Assembly (NCBI RefSeq): GCF_963921235.1
Contig: NC_086108.1
Coordinates: 115,136,001 to 115,200,000, forward strand
Source of the DNA: Mobula hypostoma
Taxonomy: Eukaryota
Length of the DNA stretch: 64,000 nucleotides
Direction: 5' to 3'
This document shows, in pieces, positions 1 through 12,175 of this stretch. The translations under genes and the position numbers were made by a program. Positions within the stretch are counted from its first letter, which is position 1; the number at the start of each line of letters is the position of its first letter. Below the pieces are notes generated by a model. That model was not told where the DNA came from. It did not search any database and saw nothing but the letters and a program-made list of their open reading frames with translations.

Positions 1-1054
1 TGACTGCATCAGCAAGGTCTCTCTCAAGGAGACATTTTGCATCGGACAGAAGTTTTAAGATGTGTTGTCCATGCTCTTCTGAAGAAGCACAGAGGATGAG
101 GACCAGAAACACACTGGCTGGCCACAGAAACTGAGTGCAACACACGAGAGATAATCAAACCGACATCCCTTCTAAATCAGAAGTAGTCCAGCACTGCCAT
201 CAGCTCAGAACTCACAGAAACACTGGAACCCAAATACAGCTCTCTACAGTCTGGAGAAGTCTTGTCAGAAGTGGTCTTCATGGAAGAGTTGCTGCCAAAA
301 AGTCATTCCTCTGAAGTGAAAACAAAGCCAAGAGACTTGCGAACACACAAAAATACAAGGACTGGGGTGCTAAACAATGGCAGCAAGTGCTCTGGACTGA
401 TGAGTCAAAATACGAAATTTTTAATTTAAGCAGCAAGCAATTTGTCTGTTGAAGAACTAGAGAGCACTACATGGATGAGTGTCTGCAGTCAACATTGAAG
501 CACAGAGGAGGTTCCCAGCAGGTTTGAGGCTACATTTCTGCAAATGGAGAAGGTGACCTGGTCAGAAGTAATGGAATCCTCAATGCTGAAAAGTACAAGC
601 AGATTTCCATCCATCACACAATACCATCAGGGAGGTGTCTGATCAGTCCCAACTTCATTCTGCAGCAGGACAATGATCCGAAACACACAGCCGAGGTCAT
701 AAAGAACTACCTTCAGCAAAAGGAAGAACAAGCAGTTAATATGTCCTCCACAGAGCAGGGAGACAGCCAAAGTCTGCAGAGGAACTGTGGCAAGTTCTCC
801 AAGATGCTTTGAACAACCTACCAGCCGATTTCCTTATAAAACAGCACAACGGTGTACCTGAGAGAACTGATGCAGCTTTCAAGGCAAAGGGTGGTCACAC
901 CAAATATTGATTTGATTTAGTTTTTTTTTAACTGTTTACTGCTCTTGAAAGTATCTTTTTTGATATTTAGAAGCTTTATATTTCATTATTTTTGAAAGCA
1001 TTTTCACTTTACACAATTTGTTTTATATGTGTTTAAGACTTTGACACAACACTG
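1..1054 (+). mobile_element. Decayed Tc1/mariner DNA transposon (transposase C-terminal part and right TIR; left end outside window)
   Basis: Hand translation gives WQQVLWTDESKYEIF (~378-422), FILQQDNDPKHTA (~654-692) and AKGGHTKY* (stop 908-910). The SPDLNPIE segment is deleted. The element ends ...CACAACACTG followed by TA. Confidence 0.9.
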
Positions 1055-1559
1055 TACTGTCCTTTAATGCCAGTACAGGCTTCCAGTCTCCAGCAGACAG
1101 ACTCAGGCCTCCAGACACACAGCTTCTCCTCCCCAGCACACTCAGAGATTTACAAACTCGGTTGCAGCCCACAGACTTTCAGACATTTGATTTGTCCTTG
1201 AACCATAATCCTTGGCATTAAAGCTAGGACACACTGATCGCTCAACATCAGGCCTCAAAATCCGGAATCTCCGGTGACTAGGCCTCAGGCTCCAGTCTCA
1301 CTGCTTCATGAACACGGGGTTCCAACAACTCACTCTTCCTGCTCACACAGAGCTCCAGCTCCGGAATCTGCCAGCCATGGCTGAACTTAGGGAAAGCGAG
1401 CATTACTTACTCTGCTGGTCTGACTTCCAACCAGTTGCCCCAGGTCCTCGTCACTAGTCTTTCAACGCAGAGCAGACCTGACCTCTAATTCCCCCACATC
1501 CTCGTTCCTGAAACCCTAACCTGATCCCCAACTGCCACCTCTGTTGCAAAAGCACCCAT

Positions 1560-1722
1560 ATTGTACTGTCTCAGTACTTTGATATTTGTGTGCTGTAGTA
1601 CTTACTTTTTATTCGCAGTTATTTTGTGCATTTCTGGTTAGATGCTAACTACATTTCATTGGCTTTGTATCCATACTTGGCACAATGACAATAAAGTTGA
1701 ATCTAATCTAATCTAATCTAAT
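1560..1722 (+). mobile_element. 3' end of a Rex1/L2-type LINE with (AATCT)n tail
   Basis: ATGACAATAAAG followed by tandem AATCT repeats, the same tail style as other LINE 3' ends in this window. Confidence 0.55.
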
Positions 1723-1734
1723 GTACATCGTAAC

Positions 1735-1965
1735 ATATGTCATTTGTGTCAGCAAACAGTGCAGTTTGAGGGTGTGATGAGGGCAATTCGCAAGTGTTGC
1801 CATCCCTCCGGTGCTTATCCTAACCAATACATCTTTGGAGTGTGGGAGGAAACTGAAGTACTCAGAGGAAACCCACACAGCACAGAGAGAACGTACAAAC
1901 TCCTTACAGAGCGCGGCCAGAATTGAACACCGTATGCAAATCACTGCTGAGGTAATACACTTATG
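1735..1965 (-). mobile_element. tRNA-derived V-SINE/HE1-like SINE
   Basis: Core TCTTTGGAGTGTGGGAGGAAACTGAAGTACTCAGAGGAAACCCAC...AGAACGTACAAACTCCTTACAG recurs many times in the window. Confidence 0.7.
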
Positions 1966-2127
1966 CCAGCTGTTACATTACTGCGAAATATAATGGAAAT
2001 CTCCTGGAGATTATATTGTTCCACCATTAATGACGTGCTGTGCAGAAACATTCACTGAATCCAACATCCCAAGGCTTTAAAGAGTTATCAGACTAGACCT
2101 AACAACGAACACACAAGGATATGCTGG

Positions 2128-3884
2128 CAGCTCGGCTGAGGGAGTAGGGTGATTTAGAGAGCTCAGCTGAGGGAGTGGGGTGGTTTAGAGGGCTCAGCTG
2201 AGGCAGTGGGGTGGTTTAGAGAGTTTGGCTGAGGGCGTGGGTGATTTAGAGAGCTCGGCTGAGGGAGTGGAGTGATTTAGAGAGCTCGGCTGAGGGAGTG
2301 GAGTGATTTAGAGCTGGGCTGAGGGAGTGGAGTGATTTAGAGCTCGGCTGAGGGAGTGAGGTGGTTTAGAGTTTGCTTGAGGGAGTGGGTGATTTAGAGT
2401 GCTTGGCTGAGGGAGTGGGGTGATTTAGAGCTCGGCTGAGGGAGTGGGGTGATTTAGAGCTCGGCTGAGGGAGTGGAGAGATTTAGAGCTCAGCTGAGGG
2501 AGTGGGGTGGTTTAGAGTTTGGTTGAGGGAGTGGGTGATTTAGAGTGCTTGGCTGAGGGAGTGGGTGATTTAGAGTGCTCGGCTGAGGGAGTGGGGTGAT
2601 TTAGAGCTCGGCTGAGGGAGTGGAGTGATTTAGAGCTCAGCTGAGGGAGTGGGGTGGTTTAGAGATTGGTTGAGGGAGTGGGTGATTTAGAGTGCTCGGC
2701 TGAGGGAGTGGGGTGATTTAGAGCTCGGCTGAGGGAGTGGAGTGATTTAGAGCTCAGCTGAGGGAGTGGGGTGGTTTAGAGTTTGGTTGAGGGAGTGGGT
2801 GATTTAGAGTGCTCGGCTGAGGGAGTGGAGTGATTTAGAGCTCGGCTGAGGGAGTGAGGTGGTTTAGAGTTTGCTTGAGGGAGTGGGTGATTTAGAGTGC
2901 TTGGCTGAGGGAGTGGGGTGATTTAGAGCTCGGCTGAGGGAGTGGGGTGATTTAGAGCTCGGCTGAGGGAGTGGAGAGATTTAGAGCTCAGCTGAGGGAG
3001 TGGGGTGGTTTAGAGTTTGGTTGAGGGAGTGGGTGATTTAGAGTGCTTGGCTGAGGGAGTGGGTGATTTAGAGTGCTCGGCTGAGGGAGTGGGGTGATTT
3101 AGAGCTCGGCTGAGGGAGTGGAGTGATTTAGAGCTCAGCTGAGGGAGTGGGGTGGTTTAGAGTTTGGTTGAGGGAGTGGGTGATTTAGAGTGCTCGGCTG
3201 AGGGAGTGGGGTGATTTAGAGCTCGGCTGAGGGAGTGGAGTGATTTAGAGCTCAGCTGAGGGAGTGGAGAGATTTAGAGCTCAGCTGAGGGAGTGGGGTG
3301 GTTTAGAGTTTGGTTGAGGGAGTGGGTGATTTAGAGTGCTTGGCTGAGGGAGTGGGTGATTTAGAGTGCTCGGCTGAGGGAGTGGGGTGATTTAGAGTTC
3401 GGCTGAGGGAGTGGGGTGATTTAGAGTTCGGCTGAGGGAGTGGGGTGATTTAGAGTTCGGCTGAGGGAGTGAGGTGATTTAGAGTTCGGCTGAGGGAGTG
3501 GAGTGATTTAGAGCTCAGCTGAGGGAGTGGGGTGGTTTAGAGTTTGGTTGAGGGAGTGGGTGATTTAGAGTGCTCGGCTGAGGGAGTGGAGTGATTTAGA
3601 GCTCAGCTGAGGGAGTGGGGTGGTTTAGAGTTTGGTTGAGGGAGTGGGTGATTTAGAGTGCTCGGCTGAGGGAGTGGGGTGATTTAGAGTGCTCAGCTGA
3701 GGGAGTGGGGTGATTTAGAGCTCGGCTGAGGGAGTGGGGTGGTTTAGAGTTTGCTTGAGGGAGTGGGTGATTTAGAGTGCTCGGCTGAGGGAGTGGGGTG
3801 ATTTAGAGCTCGGCTGAGGGAGTGGGGTGGTTTAGAGTTTGGTTGAGGGAGTGGGTGATTTAGAGAGCTCAGCTGAGGGAGTGA
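2128..3884. repeat. G-rich minisatellite, ~29-31 bp unit GAGCTCGGCTGAGGGAGTGGGGTGATTTA, about 60 copies
   Basis: Tandem units are directly visible, with recurring variants (GTTTGGTTGAGG, GAGTGCTCGG). Confidence 0.97.
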
Positions 3885-3984
3885 GCACTAACCTCACTTA
3901 AACCCAGCCGACAGACTGAGCAACACGCAGCAGGGAGGCCCAGCATGCCGGTGCTCTGGTATTTTCCCGAGATCAGTGACTCAC

Positions 3985-4074
3985 CCTAGGCTTGGAGCAA
4001 TGCCACATTCTATAACTGCTGCCTTTGGCTTCAGAACTTCCGTTTCATCTTTGTCGCCTGAAGTTTTGTCCATC
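3985..4074 (-). CDS. RNPC3: RNPC3 coding exon 4 (90 nt, phase 2-2): (P)MDKTSGDKDETEVLKPKAAVIECGIAPSL(G)
   Basis: Acceptor ctgtttttgtttgcag, donor GG|gtgagt. The phase continues exon 3. VIECGIAPSLG resembles the vertebrate RNPC3 ENGIAPxxG motif. Confidence 0.88.
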
Positions 4075-4199
4075 CTGCAAACAAAAACAGAGAAGGTGAG
4101 AGAAAAATACCTGTAAATCTCCTCAAACCAACTTAACAATGGCCCATTGCCTCAGCAATAGCCTCAGAGACCCCAGTTTGATCCCGATTTCCATCACTG

Positions 4200-4450
4200 T
4201 CTGAATCAGAATCAGGTTTATTATCACTGATTTTATCGTGAAATTTGTTGTTTTGTGACAGCAATACAGGGCAATACGTAAAATATACTGAAAATTACGA
4301 TAAAAATATTTTTGAAAGTTGTGCAAAAAGAGAACAAAGTCTTGAGGTAGTGTTCAGGGACTTTAGATATCTGATAGCGTAGGGGAGGAAACTGTTGCTA
4401 AAATACTGAGTGCATGTCTTCAGGCGCCTATCGCTCCACCCTGAAGGTAG
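4200..4450 (-). mobile_element. Rex1-type LINE 3' fragment
   Basis: GAATCAGAATCAGGTTTATT tail and AAATTTGTTGTTTTG motif shared with other copies. Confidence 0.6.
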
Positions 4451-4454
4451 TCAT

Positions 4455-4828
4455 AGTACAGCACAGAAACAGGCCCTCCAGCCCATCTAGTCTGTGCCAA
4501 GCTATTTAAGCTGCCTATTCCCATCAGCCTGTACCAGGACCATAGCTTTCCATACCTCTATCATCTATGTACCTATCCAAACTTCTCTTAGACATTGAAA
4601 TTGAGCTTTCATACACCACTGGTCCTGGCAGCTCGTTCCACACGCTCACAACCCTCTGAGTGAAGTTCCCCTTAAACTTTTCACCTTTCACCCTTAACCC
4701 ACGACATCTGGTAGTAGCCCCACCCAAACTCAGTGGAAAAAGCCTGTTCGCACTTACACTCTCTATATACCTCATAATTTTGTATACCTGTATCAAATCT
4801 CCTCTCAATCTTCTACATTCCAAGGAAT
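4455..4828 (-). mobile_element. CR1 LINE 3' fragment
   Basis: ORF 4524-4835 has SLECRRLRGDLIQVYKIM...FTQRVVSVWNELP, typical of the CR1 ORF2 C-terminus. Confidence 0.9.
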
Positions 4829-5712
4829 GACACAAAGGTTGGGGGTGTTGTGGATAGTGTGGAGGGGTGTCAGAAGTTACAACGGGACATTGATAGGATG
4901 CAAAGCTGGGCTGAGAAGTGGCAGATGGAGTTCAACCCAGATAAGTGTGAGATGGTTCATTTTGGTAGGTCAAATATGATGGCAGAATATAGTATTAATG
5001 GTCAGACTCTTGGCAGTGTGGAGGATCAGAGGGATCTTGGGGTCCGAGTCCATAGGACACTCAAAGCTGCTACGCAGGTTAACTCTGTGGTCAAGAAGGC
5101 ATACAATGCATTGGCCTTCATCAATCATAGGATTGAGTTTGAGAGCCGACAGGTAATGTTGCAGGTATATAGGACCCTGGTCAGACCCCACTTGGAGTAC
5201 TGTGCTCAGTTTTGGTCACCTCACTACAGGAAGGATGTGGAAACCTATAGAAAGGGTGCAGAGGAGATTTACAAGGATGTTGCCAGGATTGGGGAGCATG
5301 CCTTATGAGAATAGGTTGAGTGAACTCGGCCTTTTCCCTTTGGAGCGACGGAGGATGAGAGGTGACCTGATAGAGATGTTCAAGATTGATCATGTGGATA
5401 GTCAGAGGCTTTTCCCCAGGGCTGAAATGGCTGGCATGAGAGGGCATAGTTTTAAGGTGCTTGGGTGTAGGTACAGAGGAGATGTCGGGCTAAGTTTTTT
5501 ATACAGAGAATCGTGAGTGCGTGGAATGGGCTGCCAGCAACAGTGGTGGAGGCGGAAACGATAGGGTCTTTTAAGAGACTCCTGGATGGCTACATGGAGC
5601 TTAGAAAAATAGAGGGTTATGGGTAACGCCTAGGTAGTTCTAAGGTAGGGACATGTTCGGCACAACTTTGTGGGCCGAAGGGCCTGTATTGTGCTGTAGG
5701 CTTTCTACTTCT
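4829..5712 (+). mobile_element. 5'-truncated CR1 LINE (same subfamily as the 3' part of 21480-25160)
   Basis: WQMEFNPDKC and LVRPHLEYCAQFWSPHY motifs. The 3' end GGCCGAAGGGCCTGTATTGTGCTGTAGG is near-identical to 24270-25160. Confidence 0.93.
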
Positions 5713-6190
5713 AAAAAACTTAAAGCTGTTCACCCTCTCAACCCCAGACCCATTGATGTCAATAAGGGTTAGCCCATCTCCATTTCTCCTGTAATCCACA
5801 ACCAGCTCCTTTGTTTTTGCGACATTGAGGGAGAGGTTGTTTTCCTGACACCACTGTGTCAGACAGATGACTTCTTCCCTGTACGCCACCTCGTTATTGT
5901 TTGAGATTAGGCCAATCAATGTAGTGACATCAGTAAATTTAATTAACAGATTGGAACTGTGGATGGCGACACAGTTATGGGTATACAGAGTAAAGGAGGG
6001 GACTTAGTACTCAGCCCTGAGGGGCTCCTGTGTTGAGAGTCAGAGGGGTGGAGGTGAGGGAGCCCACTCTTACCACCATGTTGAATGCTGAACAGTAGTC
6101 CAAAAACAGCATTCTCACAAAAGCATCCTTCTTCTCCAGATGTAGAGCAGTAGCGATTGGTTATGTCGATAGGCGAATTGTAGGGAGGCT
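5713..6190 (-). mobile_element. Rex1/Babar-type LINE RT fragment
   Basis: ORF 5617-5919 reads YREEVICLTQWCQENNLSLNVAKTKELVVDYRR. Confidence 0.85.
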
Positions 6191-6329
6191 TGTGACTCAT
6201 GGATTGCCAGAGGGATTGTTGTTTGTCATCTCTATCAACAATCTGGATGATAAAGTGGTGAACTGGATCAGCAAATTTGTGGATAACACCAAGGGTGTAG
6301 TGGACAGTGGAGACTGGACAAGCTCCTGC

Positions 6330-6870
6330 ACTCGTTCACCTCAAGATGGTTGAGGAAGTTTGGTATGGGCCCCCAAATCCTAAGAACTTTCTACAGGGGC
6401 ACAATTAAGAGCATCCTGACCGGCTGCATTACTGCCTGGTATGGGAACTGTACCTCCCTTAATCGCAGGACTCTGCAGAGAGTGGTGCAGACAGCCCAGC
6501 GCATCTGTAGATGGCAGAAGCCTAAACATGGCAGAAGGCTAATCAATCAGTAAAGAGCCCCACCATCCAGGCCAGGCCACCTTTTGACAGCAACCATCAG
6601 GAAGGAGGTGCAGAAGCCTGAAGCCCCACACCAGCAGGTTCAAAAAGAAGCTACTTTCCTTCAACCATTTGGTTCCTGAACCCATACTGTACAAACCTAA
6701 TCACTACAGTTCAGCAAAACTGGGCACTAAAATGGACTGTTATTTTGTTATAATTGTAAAAATTGTGGATAATTCATGTTTCTGCCAGCATATCTGATGC
6801 TCAATGCAGCTGCAAGAAATATTTTCATTGTACCTGGCCACACATGGACTTGTGCAGATGATAATAAAGT
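6330..6870 (+). mobile_element. Rex1-type LINE 3' fragments
   Basis: RKFGMGPQILRTFYRGTIKSILTGCITAWYGNC, followed by a 3' UTR ending in AATAAAG. Confidence 0.8.
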
Positions 6871-6884
6871 CTACTGATTCCCTT

Positions 6885-7325
6885 TGCCAGGTATGAGGAT
6901 TTTGCTGGGTATTTGGGAACATGAGTTATAGGGAAAGGTTGACAAGGTTAGGACTTTATTTCATAGAGTGTTGGAGAATGAGGGGAGATTTGTTACAGAT
7001 ATACAAAATTATGAGGAATATAGATAGGGTAAATTCAAACAGGCATTTTCTACTGAGATTGGGTGAGACTAGAACTGGATTAAGGGTGAAAGGTGAAATG
7101 TTTAAGGGAACATGAGGGGGAACTTCTTCACCCAGAATGGTGAGAGTGTGGAACGAGTTGCCTGTGGAAGCGGTGGATGTTGGTTCGATTTCAACATTGA
7201 CAAGAAATTTGGATAGGTACATTAATGGGAGGGGTATGGATCAGGTGCAGATTGATTGAACTAAGTAAATTAATAGTTTGGTACAGACTAGATGGACCGA
7301 ATGGCTTGTTTCTGTGCTGTAGAAC
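6885..7325 (+). mobile_element. CR1 LINE 3' fragment
   Basis: MSYRERLTRLGLYFIECWRMRGDL, followed by a CR1-type 3' end. Confidence 0.85.
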
Positions 7326-7479
7326 TTACAACTTTACAACGCCAGAAAAGCTTTTAAAAATGACACTTTACTGCCCCCCTGTGGCTATTCTGCAACACTG
7401 TCAATTCAGATCTGAGGCCAATGAATACTGTACTGCATAAAACTAATACAACTCATATTGTTGTTCTATTGACAAACTG

Positions 7480-8250
7480 TGAATTGAATTGACTACCTCT
7501 TACACCCTTCACATACACGAGGAGTAAAAATCTTTAAGTTATGTCTCCATCTAAGTGTGCAATGTGCAATCATGGTAATTTATAATAAATAGAACAGTCA
7601 ATGTAACATACAAAACATTCGAATCAGCGGAGTTCTTGAGTCTGATGGCCTGGTGGAAGAAGCTGTCCCGAAGCCTGTTAGTCCTGGTTTTTAAGCTGCG
7701 GTACCATTTCCCAGCTGGAATAGATAGTGATTGGCCGACTTGGGTCCTCAATGATCCTTCGGGCCCTTTTTTCACACCTGTCCTTGTAAATGTCCTGAAT
7801 CGTGGGAAGTTCACAACTACAGATGCGCTGGGCTGTCTGCACCACTCTCTACAGAGCCCTGCGATTAAGGGAGGTACAGTTCCCATACCAGGCAGTGATG
7901 CAGCCAGTCAGGACGCTCTCAATTGTGCCCCTGTAAAAAAGTTCTTAGGATTTGGGGGCCCATACCAAACTTCCTCAACCGTCTGAGATGAAGGAGGCGC
8001 TGTCGTGCCTTTCCACCACACAGCTGGTGTGTACAGACCACGTGAGGTCCTCGGTGATGTAAAGGCCAAGGAACTTAAACCCTCTCAACCCCAGATCCAT
8101 TCATGTCATAGCCTGTTTCCATTTCTCCTGTAATCTACAACCAGCTCCTTTGCTTTTGCAACATTGAGGGAGAGGCTGTTTTCTTGACACCACTGTCAAG
8201 AGAGATGACTTCTACCCTGTAGGCCACCTCGTTATTGTTTGAGATAAGGC
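7480..8250 (-). mobile_element. Rex1/Babar-type LINE 3' portion
   Basis: GKWYRSLKTRTNRLRDSFFHQAIRL; the upstream part is similar to 5713-5920. Confidence 0.85.
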
Positions 8251-8744
8251 CTTAGCTTATAACATGTATATACATTTGTCATATTGGAACAGACAGTGAA
8301 GTACATTGTTTGTGACAATGACCAACACAGCCCGAGGATGTGCTGGGGAACGCCTCAAATGTCACCACACTTTCAGGCATCAACATAGTATGTCCACACC
8401 TCACTAATTCTACCCTGTACGTCTTTGGAATGTGGGAGGAAAGCGGAAAGGGAAGAGGGAATTGGTACCGCACACCGATCAGGATCTCAACCCCGCCGAG
8501 AGTACGGCACTTGCTCAGTAATACCTCTGCAGGAACCACCCACCCACAGCTCGCCATTCCCCTCTGTGGAGTGTCAGGAGTCAGCTGCGGGTATGAAACA
8601 CCAGCAGCTTCGCCACAATCCATTCCAGAGCCAACACCTCCACAGCCGGCTTTGTTACCTGGACAGGACAGGACAGTCCAAACCTGAGGGTCAGCCGCAA
8701 AACCCCAGCCTTCACACCCACAGATCAAAAGACAGCTTTCACCC

Positions 8745-9260
8745 CATTGGCCTTTGTAAATCAAGGTATTGAGCACAGGAGATGTTGATGTTGTTTAAGA
8801 CTTTGGTGAGGCCAAATTTGAAGTATTGTGTGCAGTTCTGGTCACCTAGCTAGAGGAAAGATAAGATTGAAAGAGTGCAGAGAAAATTGACAAGTTATAG
8901 GGAAAGATTGAATAGATTGGGACTTCATTCCCTAGAATGTAAAAGATTAAGGAGAGATTTGATTCAGATATACAAAGTTATGAGGAATTTTCCACTGAGA
9001 TTGGGTGGGACTTCAACTAGAGATCATGGGTTAAGGATGAAAGGTGAAATATTTAAGTGGAACATGAGGGGGAACTTCTTTTCTCTGAGGGTCACGTGAG
9101 CATGGAATGAGCTGCTGCCGGAAGTGATGGATGCAGGTTAAGTTTGAGAAATTTAGATAGGTACATGGGTGGGTGAGGTCTGGAAGGCTATTGTTTGGAC
9201 GTAGCTCAATCGGCTCGGCATGAACGAGATGAGCCAATGGGTCTATTTCCGTGCCTGTAG
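8745..9260 (+). mobile_element. CR1 LINE 3' fragment
   Basis: SYRERLNRLGLHSLECKRLRRDLIQIYKVMR. Confidence 0.85.
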
Positions 9261-9300
9261 CACTCAATGACCCGAGGCGGTAGAGAAGGACGCAACGTAC

Positions 9301-9419
9301 GGTTTGCCTTTGTCAGAGAATGTCTCCTGCTCCGGAGCCCCAATGTGCTCTTGCTCCTTGGCGAACTCCACCACCAGAGTGTGGCCCAGACATCTCAGCT
9401 GGTGCAGCCTGGACAGGGC
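9301..9419 (-). CDS. RNPC3: RNPC3 coding exon 3 (119 nt, phase 0-2): ALSRLHQLRCLGHTLVVEFAKEQEHIGAPEQETFSDKGK(P)
   Basis: Acceptor atcttttgcag, donor CC|gtacgt. The peptide matches the end of RNPC3 RRM1 (ALTRLHQLKLLGHTLVVEFAKEQ). Confidence 0.95.
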
Positions 9420-9839
9420 CTGCAAAAGATGTCACAAGTCAGAATGCTAGCTCTGCTATTGGTATCTTACTGTCACAGGTGCCAACTTACAGTGAAAAAC
9501 TTGTCTCGCATACTTCTCGTACAGATCACAGTTCACTGAAGTAGAAGAAAGGAAAACGGGAGCATATGAGAGAAAGGCACATGGATGAAACAAAAGTGGA
9601 GGGTGATGCAGGAAGAAAGGGTTAGATTGTAGGCCGAAGGGCCTGTATTGTGCTGTAACGCTCTATATTAATAACAGGGCAGAATAAAGTGAAAAAGCTA
9701 CAGAGAAAGTGCCGTGCAGGTTAAAGATAAAGTGCAAGATCTTAACGAGGTAGATTGTGAGGCCACGAATCCATTGCATTGTACAAGACGATAAGATACT
9801 GAAGCAGAAGGAGAATGAATGAGTGCAGGTGAAGTAAGG

Positions 9840-10940
9840 AAATTAGGCCATTTATCCCATCGAGTCTGCTGTGCCACTCCATCATGGCTGATTTATTATC
9901 CCTCTCAACCCCACTGTCCTGTCTATAACACCCTGACTGATCAAGAGCCTATCAAGTTCCTTTAAATATATCCAATGCCTTGGCCTCCACAGCCATGTAT
10001 TGCAATGAATTCCACAGATTCACCAACCTCTGCTGAAAGGAATTCCTCCTCATCTCCATTCTAAAGGGACATCCTTATATTCTGAGGCTGAGCCCTCTGA
10101 TCCCAGACTCTCCCACTGCAGGAAACATCCTCTCCGCGTCCACTTTACCCAAGCCTTTCAATATTCAATAGATATCAAAGAGAAACCCCCTTAATTCTTC
10201 TAAACTCCAGTGAGCGCAGGCCCAGAGCCATCAAATGCTCATGTTCACCCTTTCATTCCTGGGATCGTTCTCATGAACCTCCTCTGGTCCCTCTCCAATG
10301 CCAGCACATTTTTCTTTAGATAAAGGGCCCAAAACTGGTCATAATACTTCAAATGACCAATGTTTTATAAAGCCTCAGCATTATATCCTTGCTTATATAC
10401 ATATAGAACATAGAAATCTACAGTACATTACAGGCCCTTCAGCCCACAATGTTGTGCTGACCATGTAATCTACTCTAAAAGCTGCCTAGAGTTTCCCTAC
10501 TGCATAGCCCTCTATTTTCCTAAGCTCCATGTACCTATCTAAGAGGCTCTTAAAAGACCCTGTTGTATCCGCTTCCATCACCATTGCCAGCAGTGCATTC
10601 CACGCACCCAGCACTCTCTGTGTGAAAAACATACCCCTGACATCCCCTCAGTACATATTTCTAAGCACCGTTAAAACTACGCCCCTTGTGTTAGCCATTT
10701 CAGCCCTGAGAAAAAGCTTCTGGCTATCCACACGATCAATACCCCTCAGGTATTCTCATCCTCTCGACATTGACAGGAAAGAACATATATAATAGAACTG
10801 GTACGTTTAAAGTGGAGATTGATAGGTTGTTGATTAGTCAAGGTGTCAGAGGCTACGGAGAGAAGGCAGGAAAATGGGGATAATAAATCAGCCATGATGG
10901 AATGGTGGAGCAGACTTGGTAGGCCGAACAATCTAATTGT
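9840..10940. mobile_element. Cluster of CR1 3' fragments: minus ~9840-10395, minus ~10400-10750, plus ~10800-10940
   Basis: CR1 3' UTR motifs (CAGCCATGATGGAATGG; GGCCCTTCAGCCCACAATG) occur in both orientations. Confidence 0.8.
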
Positions 10941-11063
10941 GCTCCCATATCTGATGGTCAAAAATGAATTTCAAGGTAGATTATTATACTTCAATAATTT
11001 ACTTTGCACTTTGACTGCATAAATCTATTCAGTTTGATCTGGGTGCTTACACACAGCACCTAC

Positions 11064-11111
11064 CTTGGCTGCTGCGTGGGCAGATGAGAACGTTGCATAA
11101 GCTGTATGTTT
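11064..11111 (-). CDS. RNPC3: RNPC3 coding exon 2 (48 nt, phase 0-0): KHTAYATFSSAHAAAK
   Basis: Acceptor cttttctcttttgcag, donor AAG|gtaggt. Matches the RNP1-containing KHTAFATF...AAIK segment of RNPC3. Confidence 0.94.
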
Positions 11112-11269
11112 CTGCAAAAGAGAAAAGTTATACAAGAAACTGATTTAAACAAGAATATTGTTCATTCCTTCAGAACAGCACTAGTCAGGACTGGGTGCAG
11201 CGTAGATAGTGGCTGCCAAACAGCACCAGAGACCCGGGCTTTGATCAACTACCCACAGATTCCATGCCT

Positions 11270-12175
11270 CACCCACACACTGTGGGACAGTTTACAATAG
11301 CCAATTAATCCATCAACCCGCATGTCTTTGACACGTGGTGAGAACCAGAGCACTCAGGGGGAATCACACGGTCACAGTGAGAACGTGCAAACTCCACACG
11401 GACAGTGCAGAGGTTGGGATTGAACCAGGGTGTCTGAGCAGTGAGGCAGCAGCTGTACCCGCTGGGTCACCGCACTGAATATTGATCATTACTTTATCAG
11501 CACAGAACAGACACTTCCCGCCCAACCACCTAATCACAGCCATGTGACCAACTAACCTGTTTTATCTGTTTAGAGATCAGGCCTTCCTGCCCGAGCCTCA
11601 CCACCCGGCAACCCATCAATTAAAAACTAGCCTAATCACAGGACAATTTACAACGTCCAATTAACATACTAACTGATTTGACTTTGGAATGTGGGAGGAA
11701 ACCGGAGCACCTGGGGAAAACCCATGTGCACACAGGAAAACGTACCAACTCCTTACAGGTGAAGCCAGAATTAAACTCCAAACTCTGATGCCCCAAGCTG
11801 TAATAGCATCACGCCAACCGCTCGCTGCTATGACACCCATGTCTTTGGAATGTGGGTGGAAACTGGAGCACCCGGAGGAAATCCATGCGGATACAGCTAG
11901 AACGTAAAACTCCTTACAGCGGCAGTAATCAAAGCAACACACACAAAATGCTGGGGGAACTCGGCAGGTCAGGACATGAATAAAAGTCGACATTTCTGGC
12001 CAAGGCACTTCATCAAATCCATGGATGCTGCCTGACCTGCCGAGTTCCTCCAACATTTTGCATGTGTTGTGCTAGATTTCCAGTGTCTGCACGATCTCGT
12101 GTTTGTGGTGGGGTTTGAATACTGGTCATTTGGACTGTAAAGCATTATGCTAACCGCTACAACACCGTGCTACCA
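11270..12175 (-). mobile_element. Cluster of V-SINE/HE1-like SINEs
   Basis: Repeated TTTGGAATGTGGGAGGAAACCGGAGCACC...AACGTACAAACTCCTTACAG cores near 11330, 11685 and 11845. Confidence 0.75.
11935..12105. mobile_element. Short palindromic Penelope-derived element with a degenerate hammerhead-like centre
   Basis: CAACACACACAAAATGCTGGGGGAACTCGGCAGGTCAGG (11935-11973) is inverted at ~12031-12069. The minus-strand centre reads TTGATGAAGTGCCTTGGCCAGAAATGTCGACT. Related to 45274-45370. Confidence 0.65.

Noticed and set aside
1060..2120. Next RNPC3 exon (expected LxFP...LKYxYPPP)
   Set aside because: No matching minus-strand frame was found here or in the Tc1 relic; the exon presumably lies beyond base 1.
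2128..3884. CRISPR-like array (also considered for 17445-17617 and 19451-19766)
   Set aside because: The units are head-to-tail with no unique spacers, the context is eukaryotic, and there are no cas genes.
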